DNA of 64,000 bases from an uncultured Solirubrobacteraceae bacterium (lineage in GTDB: Bacteria; Actinomycetota; Thermoleophilia; Solirubrobacterales; Solirubrobacteraceae): the NCBI GenBank assembly GCA_963812575.1, contig CAWEVS010000016.1, forward strand, positions 43,772 through 107,771, in the 5' to 3' direction. Below, one piece after another: positions 21,181 to 30,357 of this stretch (the stretch's first letter is position 1; each line of letters opens with the position of its first letter). The position numbers were made by a program, and so were the translations under genes. Below the pieces are notes generated by a model. It did no database searches and was not told the origin of the DNA. It saw nothing but the letters and a program-made list of their open reading frames with translations.

Positions 21181-21978
21181 TCAGCGCGCCTGCACGACTA
21201 GCGTCTGAAACGCGCGGCCGACTGCGCCGTGTTCGTCGTGCAGGACGCTTTCGGCGACGGCACAGCCGCCGGCCGGCAGTCGCGTGCGCGCGTCGAGCCC
21301 GATCCACTCGCCGCGCGGCCTGCGCAGCAGGTGCACGCTGAGGTCGGCGTTGATGAAAAGGAAGCGATCGAACGGCAGTGCGGCGCTGATGCCGTTGCCG
21401 AAGTCTGCCGTGGCGAGGAGGCGCGCGAGCGGTGTAAGCGGCTCGCCTGAAACGAGCGGATGGCGCAGGCGCATCCAGACGCGTCCTGGTCCGAGCGTCG
21501 CGACGCCATCGACCGCGCGCATCTCCATCGCAGTGCCGGCGAAGCTCGCCTCGGCCGACCCGTCGAGTGAGAAGTCAAGCGGCTTGGCCTGATCCGGCGG
21601 CGGCATCGCGGGGCCGAGCGCAGCGGCGACCGCGGCTGCGGCACTCGCCGCCTCCTCGGGAACGGCCTGCACGCGCAGCGCCGCCGCACGAGCGATCGTC
21701 TCGCCGTCGGCGCTCAGCTCGGCGGCGAGCTCCTGCACGCGGCGGCCGGGCCGCACGATGCTCGTCGCGAGCGTCAACGGTGCCATCGGGATCGGGCGGA
21801 GGAACTCGAACGAGAGGCGCGCGATCGGCAGCTCGGCGCCCGGCTCGATGCGCTCGAATGCGGCCGCGATCAACGCCGCCGGCGCGCCGCCGTGAAGCAT
21901 CTGCGGATCCCACGGTCCGCGCGCGTGCGCAGTCGGCAGATAGCGCTCGCCGTTGGCGACGAAGATGCTGTCGCTCAT
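21181..21978 (-). CDS. Acyl-CoA thioesterase-like (double hotdog) protein
   Basis: ARGPW....HGG.PAAL, ADFGNG, FINADLSVHL.R.P.GEW. Confidence 0.8.
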   Translation of the reverse strand: MSDSIFVANGERYLPTAHARGPWDPQMLHGGAPAALIAAAFERIEPGAELPIARLSFEFLRPIPMAPLTLATSIVRPGRRVQELAAELSADGETIARAAALRVQAVPEEAASAAAAVAAALGPAMPPPDQAKPLDFSLDGSAEASFAGTAMEMRAVDGVATLGPGRVWMRLRHPLVSGEPLTPLARLLATADFGNGISAALPFDRFLFINADLSVHLLRRPRGEWIGLDARTRLPAGGCAVAESVLHDEHGAVGRAFQTLVVQAR

Positions 21979-21985
21979 GTCCGGC

Positions 21986-22654
21986 TCAGTCCGGCAGCCG
22001 GGCGACGAAGGTGCTGAGCGCCTGCGGGTCGCGCAGCGGCGGGCCGTGGCCGAAGCAGACGAGCGCGGGCTCGAGTGCCGCGAGCCGGCGTATCGACTGG
22101 CGATTGCGCGCCGGATCGGGTGTGAAGACCGTTGGCGGCTCCTGCAGGCCGCGCCTGCCGGTCAGCAGGTTCATGCCGTTGAGAACGTCGCCGAGGATCA
22201 GCGTGCGGTCGGACTCGCGCCAGTAGGCGACGTGGCCGGGCGAGTGTCCTGGCACCTCGAGCACGGTGAAGCCGGCGACCTCGTCGCCCTCGCTCAGCGC
22301 GCGCGCGACCGGATGCGGCGGACCGGTCCAGAAGCGCTGCTGAAATGCGTTCAGCCATCCGGGCGCCTGGCTGTTGGAGATCGCTCCGGGAGTCTCCATC
22401 GCGTGTACGTCCTCGCGTCCGCACCACAGCGGGATCTGCAGCCGTTCGCAGATCGCGTGACTCGCACCCTGGTGGTCGGGGTGGGCGTGCGTCAGCGCGT
22501 GCGCGCTGAGCGTGCGCCCTTCCAGCTCGTGCATGATCCGCGTCTCGGCCTGACGCGTGCCGGCGTCGATCAGCACGTCCTCTGCGAGGTAGACGTTGAT
22601 CGCGTTCGGCGGAAAGCCGCGCAGCAGGTAGAGGCTGTCGGCGAGCTGTTTCAT
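21986..22654 (-). CDS. Metallo-beta-lactamase fold hydrolase
   Basis: LIDAG, THAHPDHQG, PGHSPGH, GDVL, FGHG. Confidence 0.85.
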   Translation of the reverse strand: MKQLADSLYLLRGFPPNAINVYLAEDVLIDAGTRQAETRIMHELEGRTLSAHALTHAHPDHQGASHAICERLQIPLWCGREDVHAMETPGAISNSQAPGWLNAFQQRFWTGPPHPVARALSEGDEVAGFTVLEVPGHSPGHVAYWRESDRTLILGDVLNGMNLLTGRRGLQEPPTVFTPDPARNRQSIRRLAALEPALVCFGHGPPLRDPQALSTFVARLPD

Positions 22655-22948
22655 CGAGCCTTCGACGCAGGCGCCGTTCCAGCGGCACCTCTGCCTGCGC
22701 GACGCTTGCGCGTAAGCCGCACCAGTCGAACGACCGCGGTCGCTGCCAAGAGCGCGGCGGCCCACCACCATTCGCCTTCGACGAGCGCACCCCCGGCGAG
22801 GCCGGTCGGCACCGCGAGCAGTAGATCGGCGCCTCGCGATCGCCGCGTTCGTTTCGTTGGCACCGCGGCTCATCCACTCGACCAGTCGCGCGTCCCAGGG
22901 CTTGCCGTCGCCGTCTGGGACGGTCGGGGCATTTCTCGCGTCACGCAT
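22651..22948 (-). CDS. Small membrane protein (probable frameshift ~22835)
   Basis: Two hydrophobic segments (LLLAVPTGLAGG, WWWAAALLAATAVV); start uncertain. Confidence 0.4.
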
Positions 22949-23028
22949 CGACTCGAGCCTATTCACTCAGCATCAGCATCGCTACTGGCGGGTTTCGACG
23001 TCCGCACGCTCGCGCCTGATACGCGACG

Positions 23029-23775
23029 CTAATTCTGGCTCTCCCACGAGAAGCCGCGCACGGCGAGGAACAGGCCGAACACGCCCCACAGCGCGATCAC
23101 GGCGAGCGCGTCGAGATTGTGGCCGAGGCTCGAGCCGGTCACGAGCGCGGCCGAGAGTCCGTCGATCAACGGCTTCAGCGGCAGTGCTTCGGCGATCTGG
23201 CGCAGGAAACCGGGCGCGCTGCGCGAGTCGAAGACGTAGAAGGAGATGAAGACGACCGGCAGGAAGACGGCGTTCACGTAGGCCGCGGTCGACTCGAAGT
23301 TGGGAATCGCGTGCGCGAAGGCGACGCCGAGCGCCGCCAGGCTGATCACGCCGACGAGCACGAAGACGATCAGCTCGAGCCAGTCGCGCGGCCAGCCGAT
23401 GCCGAAGATCAGCTTGCCGGCGAGGATCACGATGCCGATCTGCAGCGCTGCATTCGTGACGGCGTTCGCGGCGACGCCGGCGAAGTAGGAGATCGTCGGC
23501 AGCGGCGTGCCGCGGATCCGCTTGAGCACGCCGCGCTCGCGCAGGAAGACGATGTTGTAGGCGAGCGCCGTGAACGTCGTCGACATGACGCTCATGCCGG
23601 CGATCGCCGGGATCAGCCGGTTCAGCTGGTGCTGGTTTCCGGCGAGGATCGCGCCGCCGCCGGCGAGGAACAGCAGCGGCAGCAGGAAGTTGAAGAAGGC
23701 GGCGCTCGGATTGCGCCAGAACATGCGCCGCTCCAGCCGATACTGGCGCCAGCCGAGCACGACGGTGTCAGCCAT
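23029..23775 (-). CDS. ABC-2 type exporter permease
   Basis: RNP..AFF..LLPL, RE.GVLKRIRGTPL, six TM segments. Confidence 0.9.
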   Translation of the reverse strand: MADTVVLGWRQYRLERRMFWRNPSAAFFNFLLPLLFLAGGGAILAGNQHQLNRLIPAIAGMSVMSTTFTALAYNIVFLRERGVLKRIRGTPLPTISYFAGVAANAVTNAALQIGIVILAGKLIFGIGWPRDWLELIVFVLVGVISLAALGVAFAHAIPNFESTAAYVNAVFLPVVFISFYVFDSRSAPGFLRQIAEALPLKPLIDGLSAALVTGSSLGHNLDALAVIALWGVFGLFLAVRGFSWESQN

Positions 23776-24625
23776 CGGCGGTCAGCTCCAGGTAGACGTC
23801 CTCGAGCGTCGGACGCGCGACGCTGAGCTCCTCCAGGCGCTCGCCGCGCGCGAGCGCCTCGGCGGTCAGCTCGGCGAGCAGCGCCGTCGGGTCGTCGGTC
23901 TGGCGCTCGATGAGCTGACCGCTGCCGTCGCGGTAGGCGACGCGATAGTCCGAGGCGCCGACGCCGAGCTCGCGTGGCGGTCCGATCGCGAGGATCCGGC
24001 CGTCCTTGACGATCGCCACGCGGTCGGCGAGTTCCTGCGCCTCGTCGAGGTAGTGCGTCGTCAGCAGGATCGTCTTGCCGAGCTCGCGCAGCTTGCGCAC
24101 GGTCTCCCAGGCGCTGCGTCGTGCCTCTGGATCGAAGCCGGTCGTCGGCTCGTCGAGGAAGATCAGCTCGGGATCGCCGACCAGCGCCAGCGCGAAGTCC
24201 AGCCGGCGCAGCTGGCCGCCGGAGAGCTTGCGGCTGCGCTCGTCGGCCTTCTCCTGCAGGCCGGCGAGCGCAAGCACCTCCTCGACGTCACGCGGGCGCG
24301 GATAGAAGCTCGCCCAGTGGCGGAGCGCCTCACGCGGCGTGATGTGCGAGTAGATGCCGCCGGACTGCAGCACGATGCCGATTCGCTGGCGCAGAGCACG
24401 GCTGCGACGGCCAGGGTCGAAGCCGAGCACCGAGACCTCGCCGCCGCTGCGCGCGCGGTATCCCTCGAGGATCTCGACGGTCGTCGTCTTGCCGGCGCCA
24501 TTCGGCCCGAGCAGGCCAAAGACCTCGCCGCGCCGCACGCTGATGTCGATCCCGCGGACGGCCTCGAACTCGCCGTATCGCTTGCTCAGCGCGTGCACCT
24601 CGATCGCCGGCGCCGTGTCGTTCAC
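23768..24625 (-). CDS. ABC exporter ATP-binding subunit
   Basis: GPNGAGKTT, LSGGQ, FLDEPTTG, TTHYLDEA. Confidence 0.92.
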   Translation of the reverse strand: MNDTAPAIEVHALSKRYGEFEAVRGIDISVRRGEVFGLLGPNGAGKTTTVEILEGYRARSGGEVSVLGFDPGRRSRALRQRIGIVLQSGGIYSHITPREALRHWASFYPRPRDVEEVLALAGLQEKADERSRKLSGGQLRRLDFALALVGDPELIFLDEPTTGFDPEARRSAWETVRKLRELGKTILLTTHYLDEAQELADRVAIVKDGRILAIGPPRELGVGASDYRVAYRDGSGQLIERQTDDPTALLAELTAEALARGERLEELSVARPTLEDVYLELTADG

Positions 24626-24727
24626 GGCCTCATCATCGCAATGGCGCGGCGCCGCATGCGTGACCGCGCTGGCTGCGAGGCGCCGCGGCATCTCGCTGAG
24701 CGCGCGCGCCGGCGCGCTGACCGTCTC

Positions 24728-26731
24728 CTACCAGTGCACTCCGCGCGTCAGCGTCGCCATCGCGATCTGCTCGAACGAGGCGCGCTCCTCGAGGTTCTGC
24801 TGGCCCTTTGAGGCGGCCGAGTCGGGGAACACGCGGTAGGCGAGGTGCAGGATCCGGTCGACGGCCTTCGGCGAGAGCGCGTAGGCGATCTCGCCGGCCG
24901 TGCCCAGGCGCGTGCCCATGTGCTTGGGGCGCCCGCGCAGCGCCTCGCAGATCATGTCAGCCGCCTCGTCGGGCGTCAGCGTCGGGAACGCGTCGTACAT
25001 CTTCGTCGGCGCGATCATCGGCGTCCGTACGAGCGGCATGTGAATCGTCGTGAAGGTGACGCCGTCGCCGATCACCTCGGAGGCGACGACGCGCGTGAAT
25101 GCGTCGAGCGCGGCCTTCGAGGCGACGTAGGCGGAGAAGCGCGGCGGGTTCGCCTGCACGCCGATCGAGGAGATGTTGACGATGTGCCCGGAGCCGCGCT
25201 CGCGCATGTGCGGCAGCAGGCCGATGATCAGCTTGACGGCGCCGAAGTAGTTGAGCTGCATCGTCCGTTCGAAGTCGTGGAAGCGGTCGTAGCTGAGCGC
25301 GATCGAGCGGCGGATCGAGCGTCCGGCGTTGTTGACGAGCATGTCGACGTTGCGGTGGTCGGCGAGTACGCGCTCGAGCAGCGTCTCGACGGACTCCATG
25401 TCGGCCAGGTCGGCCGCGTAGACGTAGGCGGTGCCGCCCGCTGCGACGATCTCGGCGCGCGTCTCCTCGAGCTTCTCGACGTTGCGCGCGACGAGCAGCG
25501 GAACGCCGCCTGCCTCGGCGACCTTCAAAGCCGTCGAGCGGCCGATGCCCGAGGATGCGCCGGTGATCATCACGTGCTTGCCGTCGAGCGCCTCGCGCAG
25601 CGTGCGGTTGGCCGACATGCTCGGCTCCATGTCACGCTCCCAGTAGTCCCACAGGCGCCCGGCGTAGTCGGCCAGCGCCGGCGGGCGCTCGAGCGCCGTG
25701 CCCGCGAGCGCGCGGCCGGCCTCGCGCGTGTCGAACCGCGGCACGAGCTCCATGTGCGCGAGCACCTCTTCGGGGATGCCGAGCTCGCGAAGAGCGAGTT
25801 TGCGGAGCTGCCGCCACGGCGGCAGGTCGAGCGCGAGCGCGAGCGGCCACTTCGGCAGCGGGTCGGTCAGGCGTTTGTCGACGCTGAGCGCAATTCGCGG
25901 CGCATGCGCTGCCGAGGCGAACGAGTTGATCAGCTCATCGACGCGCTGGCGGCGCGGGTCGGTCAGGTGGAAAGCGTGCCCGTCGAGGTCGCGCTCGTGC
26001 GCGATGTGCTCGAGCGCGTCGACGACCCAGTCGACCGGCACGACGTTCGTGTTGCCGAGGTCCGGTGCGATCAGCGGCGCCCACTCGGGCAGCAGCTGGC
26101 GCGCGCGCTGGATCGCCTTGAAGAAGTAGTACGGGCCGTCGACCTTGTCCATCTCGCCGGTGCGCGAGTCGCCGACGACGACGCCCGGCCGGTAGACGCG
26201 CCAGGGCACGTACGGCTGCTCGCGCACGATCCGCTCTGACTCGAACTTCGTGCGGTGATACGGCGAAGGCAGCTTCTGACCCTCGTCGAACATGTCCTCG
26301 GTGAACAGGCCCTTGAACTCGCCGGCGACGGCGATCGAGGAGACGTGGTGGAAGTGCTCGGCGTCGATCGCGCGCGCCAGTTCGATCGCGTGCGTCGTGC
26401 CGCCGACGTTGACCGCCGTGTTCAGCTCGCTCGGCGCCGTCATGTCGTAGACCGCAGCGAGGTGGAAGAAGTGTTTGATCTTGCCGCGCAGCTCAGCAAC
26501 CTGCTCCTGCTCGACGCCGAGCAGCGGCCGGCGCAGGTCGCCGAGCACCGGCTGAACGCGTTTTGCGGTCGCGGCGCCGCCGACGACCGTCCAGCGCGCG
26601 ATCAGGTCGTCGAGCCGCTCGAGCGAGATCTGGCGCACGAGCACGTAGATGTTGCCCTGGCGTTTGTCGAGCAGCTGCTCGACGAGACGCCGTCCGATGA
26701 AGCCGGTCGCTCCGGTGACGAAGTAGGCCAT
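24728..26731 (-). CDS. Two-domain SDR, fatty acyl-CoA reductase (AcrA1-like)
   Basis: TGATGFIG and TGASSGIG; NNAGRSIRRS, DRFHDFERTMQLNYFG, Y.ASK. Confidence 0.85.
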   Translation of the reverse strand: MAYFVTGATGFIGRRLVEQLLDKRQGNIYVLVRQISLERLDDLIARWTVVGGAATAKRVQPVLGDLRRPLLGVEQEQVAELRGKIKHFFHLAAVYDMTAPSELNTAVNVGGTTHAIELARAIDAEHFHHVSSIAVAGEFKGLFTEDMFDEGQKLPSPYHRTKFESERIVREQPYVPWRVYRPGVVVGDSRTGEMDKVDGPYYFFKAIQRARQLLPEWAPLIAPDLGNTNVVPVDWVVDALEHIAHERDLDGHAFHLTDPRRQRVDELINSFASAAHAPRIALSVDKRLTDPLPKWPLALALDLPPWRQLRKLALRELGIPEEVLAHMELVPRFDTREAGRALAGTALERPPALADYAGRLWDYWERDMEPSMSANRTLREALDGKHVMITGASSGIGRSTALKVAEAGGVPLLVARNVEKLEETRAEIVAAGGTAYVYAADLADMESVETLLERVLADHRNVDMLVNNAGRSIRRSIALSYDRFHDFERTMQLNYFGAVKLIIGLLPHMRERGSGHIVNISSIGVQANPPRFSAYVASKAALDAFTRVVASEVIGDGVTFTTIHMPLVRTPMIAPTKMYDAFPTLTPDEAADMICEALRGRPKHMGTRLGTAGEIAYALSPKAVDRILHLAYRVFPDSAASKGQQNLEERASFEQIAMATLTRGVHW

Positions 26732-26788
26732 CGCGTCGCAGAGCGTACCTGCTACGCGGAAGCTGCGCCGGTCACGAGGCGTCTACGC

Positions 26789-27578
26789 CTAGACGCCGGC
26801 GCCGGTGCCGCCGCGACCCTCACCGGCGGCGAAGCGCGCCGCGCCGCGCGCGCCCTCTTCGTAGAGCTCGGGCCCGGCGGCGGCCTCGAGCGCGAGTCCG
26901 TCGGCGAGCGGCATGCCGAGCCCATCGATCGCCGCGCGCCGGTCGGCGAGCATCGTGCGCTGCGGGAAGCGAGCCAGGCCCTCGGCGATCTCGAGCGCGC
27001 GATCGAGATGTGCGCCGGGCGCGACGACCTCTGTCAGCAGGCCCATCGCGAGCGCCTCCTCGGCATCGAGGATCCGCCCCGTGAGGATCAGGTCGAGTGC
27101 GCGACCGAGGCCGACGATCGCGCGGCAGCCGCTGTGTGCCGCCGTCGATCAGCGGCACTCCCCAGCGCCGCTCGGGATAGCCGAGCCGCGAGCCCTCGGT
27201 CGCGATGCGCAGGTCGCACCACAGCGCGAGCTCCAGCCCGCCGGCGAGCGCGAAGCCCGAGATCGCGGCGATCGTCGGCTTCGACGCCGTCAGCCGGGTG
27301 AAGCCCATCGGCCCCTCCTCGCTCGAAAGGCGATCGACGAACGTGCTCTGCGCCTTCAGATCGGCACCGGCGCAGAACGAGACGCCGCCGGCGCCGGTCA
27401 GCACCATCACGCGCGCCTGCTCGTCGGCCTCGAAGCGCAGGTAGGCGTCGTGCAATGCCGCTGCAGTCGGACCGTCGACCGCGTTGCGGCGGTGCTGGCG
27501 GTCGATCGTGACGATGGCAGCTGCGCCGCGGCGCTGATAGCCGACCGACTCGACTCCGCCTGTCTCGTTCTCGCCCAT
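26789..27578 (-). CDS. Enoyl-CoA hydratase/isomerase (frameshift ~27120)
   Basis: RNAVD, FCAGADLK, AGGLELALWCD, GVPLIDGGT; C-terminus in ORF 26789..27046. Confidence 0.85.
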
Positions 27579-27618
27579 CAGCGCAGCGCGCGCCGGCCGA
27601 GCTGCGCCGGCCGGCTTC

Positions 27619-27891
27619 CTACCAGCCGCCGCGCCACTGAGCGTTGCTCAGCTGCGACTTGTGCGCCGCTTTGCGCGCTTCTTTGCGCTTGTCCAGCGCT
27701 TTCTGGAGCATGCTCATGCAGAAGACGAACAGCGGAAAGAAGATGATCAGGATGAAGCCGGCGTCGGTCACGACCTTGTCGTTCGTCTCGCCGTAGAAGC
27801 CGCGCCCGTTGTTCGCCGCCTCGGCGATCGGCGCGAGCACGAAGGGCAGGGCCAGCGCCCAGAGGACCAGCGTTGTCTTCGCGCCACGCAT
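27619..27891 (-). CDS. Small membrane protein
   Basis: Signal plus TM; G.GFYGETNDKVVT..GF...RGGW. Confidence 0.6.
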   Translation of the reverse strand: MRGAKTTLVLWALALPFVLAPIAEAANNGRGFYGETNDKVVTDAGFILIIFFPLFVFCMSMLQKALDKRKEARKAAHKSQLSNAQWRGGW

Positions 27892-27941
27892 CGAGGGCGG
27901 ATGCTAGCGGAGCGCCAGGAGCCCTGGTATCACGGAGGGCG

Positions 27942-29921
27942 ATGGCGTTGTTGATCGCATCTGACATGCACAAGGACATGGCCGGGCAGCCGCTGCTGCG
28001 TGGCGTTTCGTTCAAGCTCGAGCGGCGTGAACGAATGACGATCGCCGGGCGCAACGGCGCCGGCAAGACGACGCTGCTGCGGATGCTCGCCGGCGAGACG
28101 CCGATCGACAGGGGCGAGCTGAGCATCGCGAAGGGCGTGCGCATCGCGCTGCACGACCAGCGTCCGCCGCGCGAGCGCGAGATGGCGCTGCGCGACTACG
28201 TGCTGTCGGGCTGCGTCGAGGAGCTCGAGATCGAGGCCGAGCTGGCGGCGCTCGAGGCGCGGATGACGGCAGGCGAGGGCGACGACGCGCTGCTCGATCG
28301 CTACGCGCGTGCGCAGGCAAGGCTCGAGGCGCGCGGCGGCTATCTGTGGCGCGATCGCGCAACGAGCATGGCGCGCGGGCTCGGGTTCGGCGAGAGCGAC
28401 CTCGATCGGCCGCTCGACACGTTCTCGGGCGGGCAGCTGACGCGCGCATCGCTCGCGCGCGCGCTCGCGACGGGCGCCGACGTGCTGCTGCTCGACGAGC
28501 CGACGAACCACCTCGACATCGAGTCGCTGGAGTGGCTCGAGCAGACACTCGTCGAGCTCGACGCGGCGGTCGTGCTGGTCGCGCACGACCGCTGGTTCCT
28601 CGAGGCGGTCGGCACGGCAGTGCTCGAGCTCGAGGCCGGCCGCTCGCGGTTCTTCGCCGGCACGTGGCACAACTGGCGCCGCGAGCAGGCGGCGCGAGAG
28701 ATGGCGCTGGGAAAGTCGATCGACAAGCAGCAGGCCGAGATCGCGCGGATGGAGCGCTTCATCGAGCGCTTCCGCTACAAGGCGACGAAGGCGCGCCAGG
28801 CGCAGTCGCGCGTGAAGAAGCTCTCGAAGATCGAGCGGATCGAGCGCGACCCGCAGGACGGACGCAGCCTCGAGTTCCGGTTCGCCGCGCCGGAGCGCTC
28901 CGGACGGGTGATCTTCGAGCTGAGCGACGGGCGCATCGAGGTCGGCGAGCCGCCGCTCGTGCTGCTCGATGGAGCCGAGCTGTGGCTGGAGCGCGGCGAG
29001 CACGTCTCGCTGGTCGGGCCGAACGGAACCGGCAAGACGACGCTGATCGAGACGCTCGCCGGTCGCCGCGAGCTGGCGGCGGGCAAGCTCGGCACCGGGC
29101 ACAACGTCAAGGTCGGCTACCTCTCGCAGCACGCCGAGGAGCTCGGCGCCGGCGGCGATCCGAATCAGAGCGTGCTCGATGCGACGCAGCGGGCGACGAG
29201 CCTGACGCAGGGCAAGGCGCGCGCGCTGCTCGGCGGCTTCCTGTTCTCCGGCGAGGACGCCGAAAAGCCGCTCGCCGGGCTCAGCGGCGGCGAGCGCCGG
29301 CGCCTCTCGCTGGCGATCCTCGTGCACTCCGGCGCGAACGTCTTGATCCTCGACGAGCCGACGAACCACCTCGACATCGAGAGCCGCGAGGCGCTCGAGG
29401 ACGCGCTGCGATCGTTCAGCGGCGCCGTTCTGCTCGTCTCGCACGATCGCGCGCTGCTCGACGCGGTCGGCACGCGCACGGTCGCCGTCGAGGACGGTGC
29501 GCTGCACAGCTACGAGGGCGGCTGGCCGGAGTACGTGCGCGTGCGCGAGGAACGATCGTCGAACGATCAGAAGACCGGGCCACATGTGGCCCGGTCCGGA
29601 GCGGCGCATGCGCCGCTCCGCCAGCTGGCGCATGCGCCAGCTGGAACGGCAGATCGATCGAATGGATCGGATCGCGACACGGCGAAGCCGAGGCGCAGGG
29701 AGAAGCCGAAAGGTCCCTCGAAGAACCGCCTCAGCGCCCAGCAGCAGGCCGAGCGCGAGGTCGAAGCGGCAGAGGCGGCGATGCGCGCGCTCGAAGACGA
29801 GCTCGCCGATCCGGGCGCATGGGCGACGCAGTACGAGTCGGCGAAGTCCGAGGCGCGCCACACGGCCGCGCGCCGCGCGATCGAGCAGGCTTACGAGCGG
29901 CTCGAGACGCTGGTCGACTGA
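27942..29921 (+). CDS. ABC-F family ATPase (ribosome-associated)
   Basis: Two NBDs (GRNGAGKT, GPNGTGKT), DEPTNHLD twice, KATKARQAQSR linker, no TM. Confidence 0.9.
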   Translation: MALLIASDMHKDMAGQPLLRGVSFKLERRERMTIAGRNGAGKTTLLRMLAGETPIDRGELSIAKGVRIALHDQRPPREREMALRDYVLSGCVEELEIEAELAALEARMTAGEGDDALLDRYARAQARLEARGGYLWRDRATSMARGLGFGESDLDRPLDTFSGGQLTRASLARALATGADVLLLDEPTNHLDIESLEWLEQTLVELDAAVVLVAHDRWFLEAVGTAVLELEAGRSRFFAGTWHNWRREQAAREMALGKSIDKQQAEIARMERFIERFRYKATKARQAQSRVKKLSKIERIERDPQDGRSLEFRFAAPERSGRVIFELSDGRIEVGEPPLVLLDGAELWLERGEHVSLVGPNGTGKTTLIETLAGRRELAAGKLGTGHNVKVGYLSQHAEELGAGGDPNQSVLDATQRATSLTQGKARALLGGFLFSGEDAEKPLAGLSGGERRRLSLAILVHSGANVLILDEPTNHLDIESREALEDALRSFSGAVLLVSHDRALLDAVGTRTVAVEDGALHSYEGGWPEYVRVREERSSNDQKTGPHVARSGAAHAPLRQLAHAPAGTADRSNGSDRDTAKPRRREKPKGPSKNRLSAQQQAEREVEAAEAAMRALEDELADPGAWATQYESAKSEARHTAARRAIEQAYERLETLVD

Positions 29922-29945
29922 GCAGCGCGCGGTTAGACTTCGATC

Positions 29946-30305
29946 GTGGAGCTGAAGACGGCACGCAACATCGCGATCGTGCTGCTGATCGCAGCGGCCG
30001 TCTTCCTGCTTCCCGGAGGCGGGCAGGCGGCGAGCACGTTCGAATCGCTGCTGCTGATCGGCTTCGGCGTCGGCTTCGGCTATCTCGGGCTGCGCATGTA
30101 TCGCGAATATCGCGTCACGCTGCACGGGCTCGGCGACACTCATCGGGCGCGGCTGTACGGCTCGCTCGCGCTCGCCGGCTTCCTGATCGCCGGCTACTCG
30201 CGGATGCTGCACTCCTCGGCGCTGATCGGCGTCCTCTGGTTCGCGCTGCTCGGCTGCGTGCTGTACGGGCTGATGGACGTCTACCGCCACTGGCGCAGCT
30301 ACTGA
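29946..30305 (+). CDS. Small 4-TM membrane protein
   Basis: Hydrophobic segments; TAGACT 6 nt upstream of GTG. Confidence 0.65.
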   Translation: MELKTARNIAIVLLIAAAVFLLPGGGQAASTFESLLLIGFGVGFGYLGLRMYREYRVTLHGLGDTHRARLYGSLALAGFLIAGYSRMLHSSALIGVLWFALLGCVLYGLMDVYRHWRSY

Positions 30306-30357
30306 CGCGCGAGCGCGACCGGCTCGCCGCCGGTCGCGCCTCGTATCCTCGAAGGAG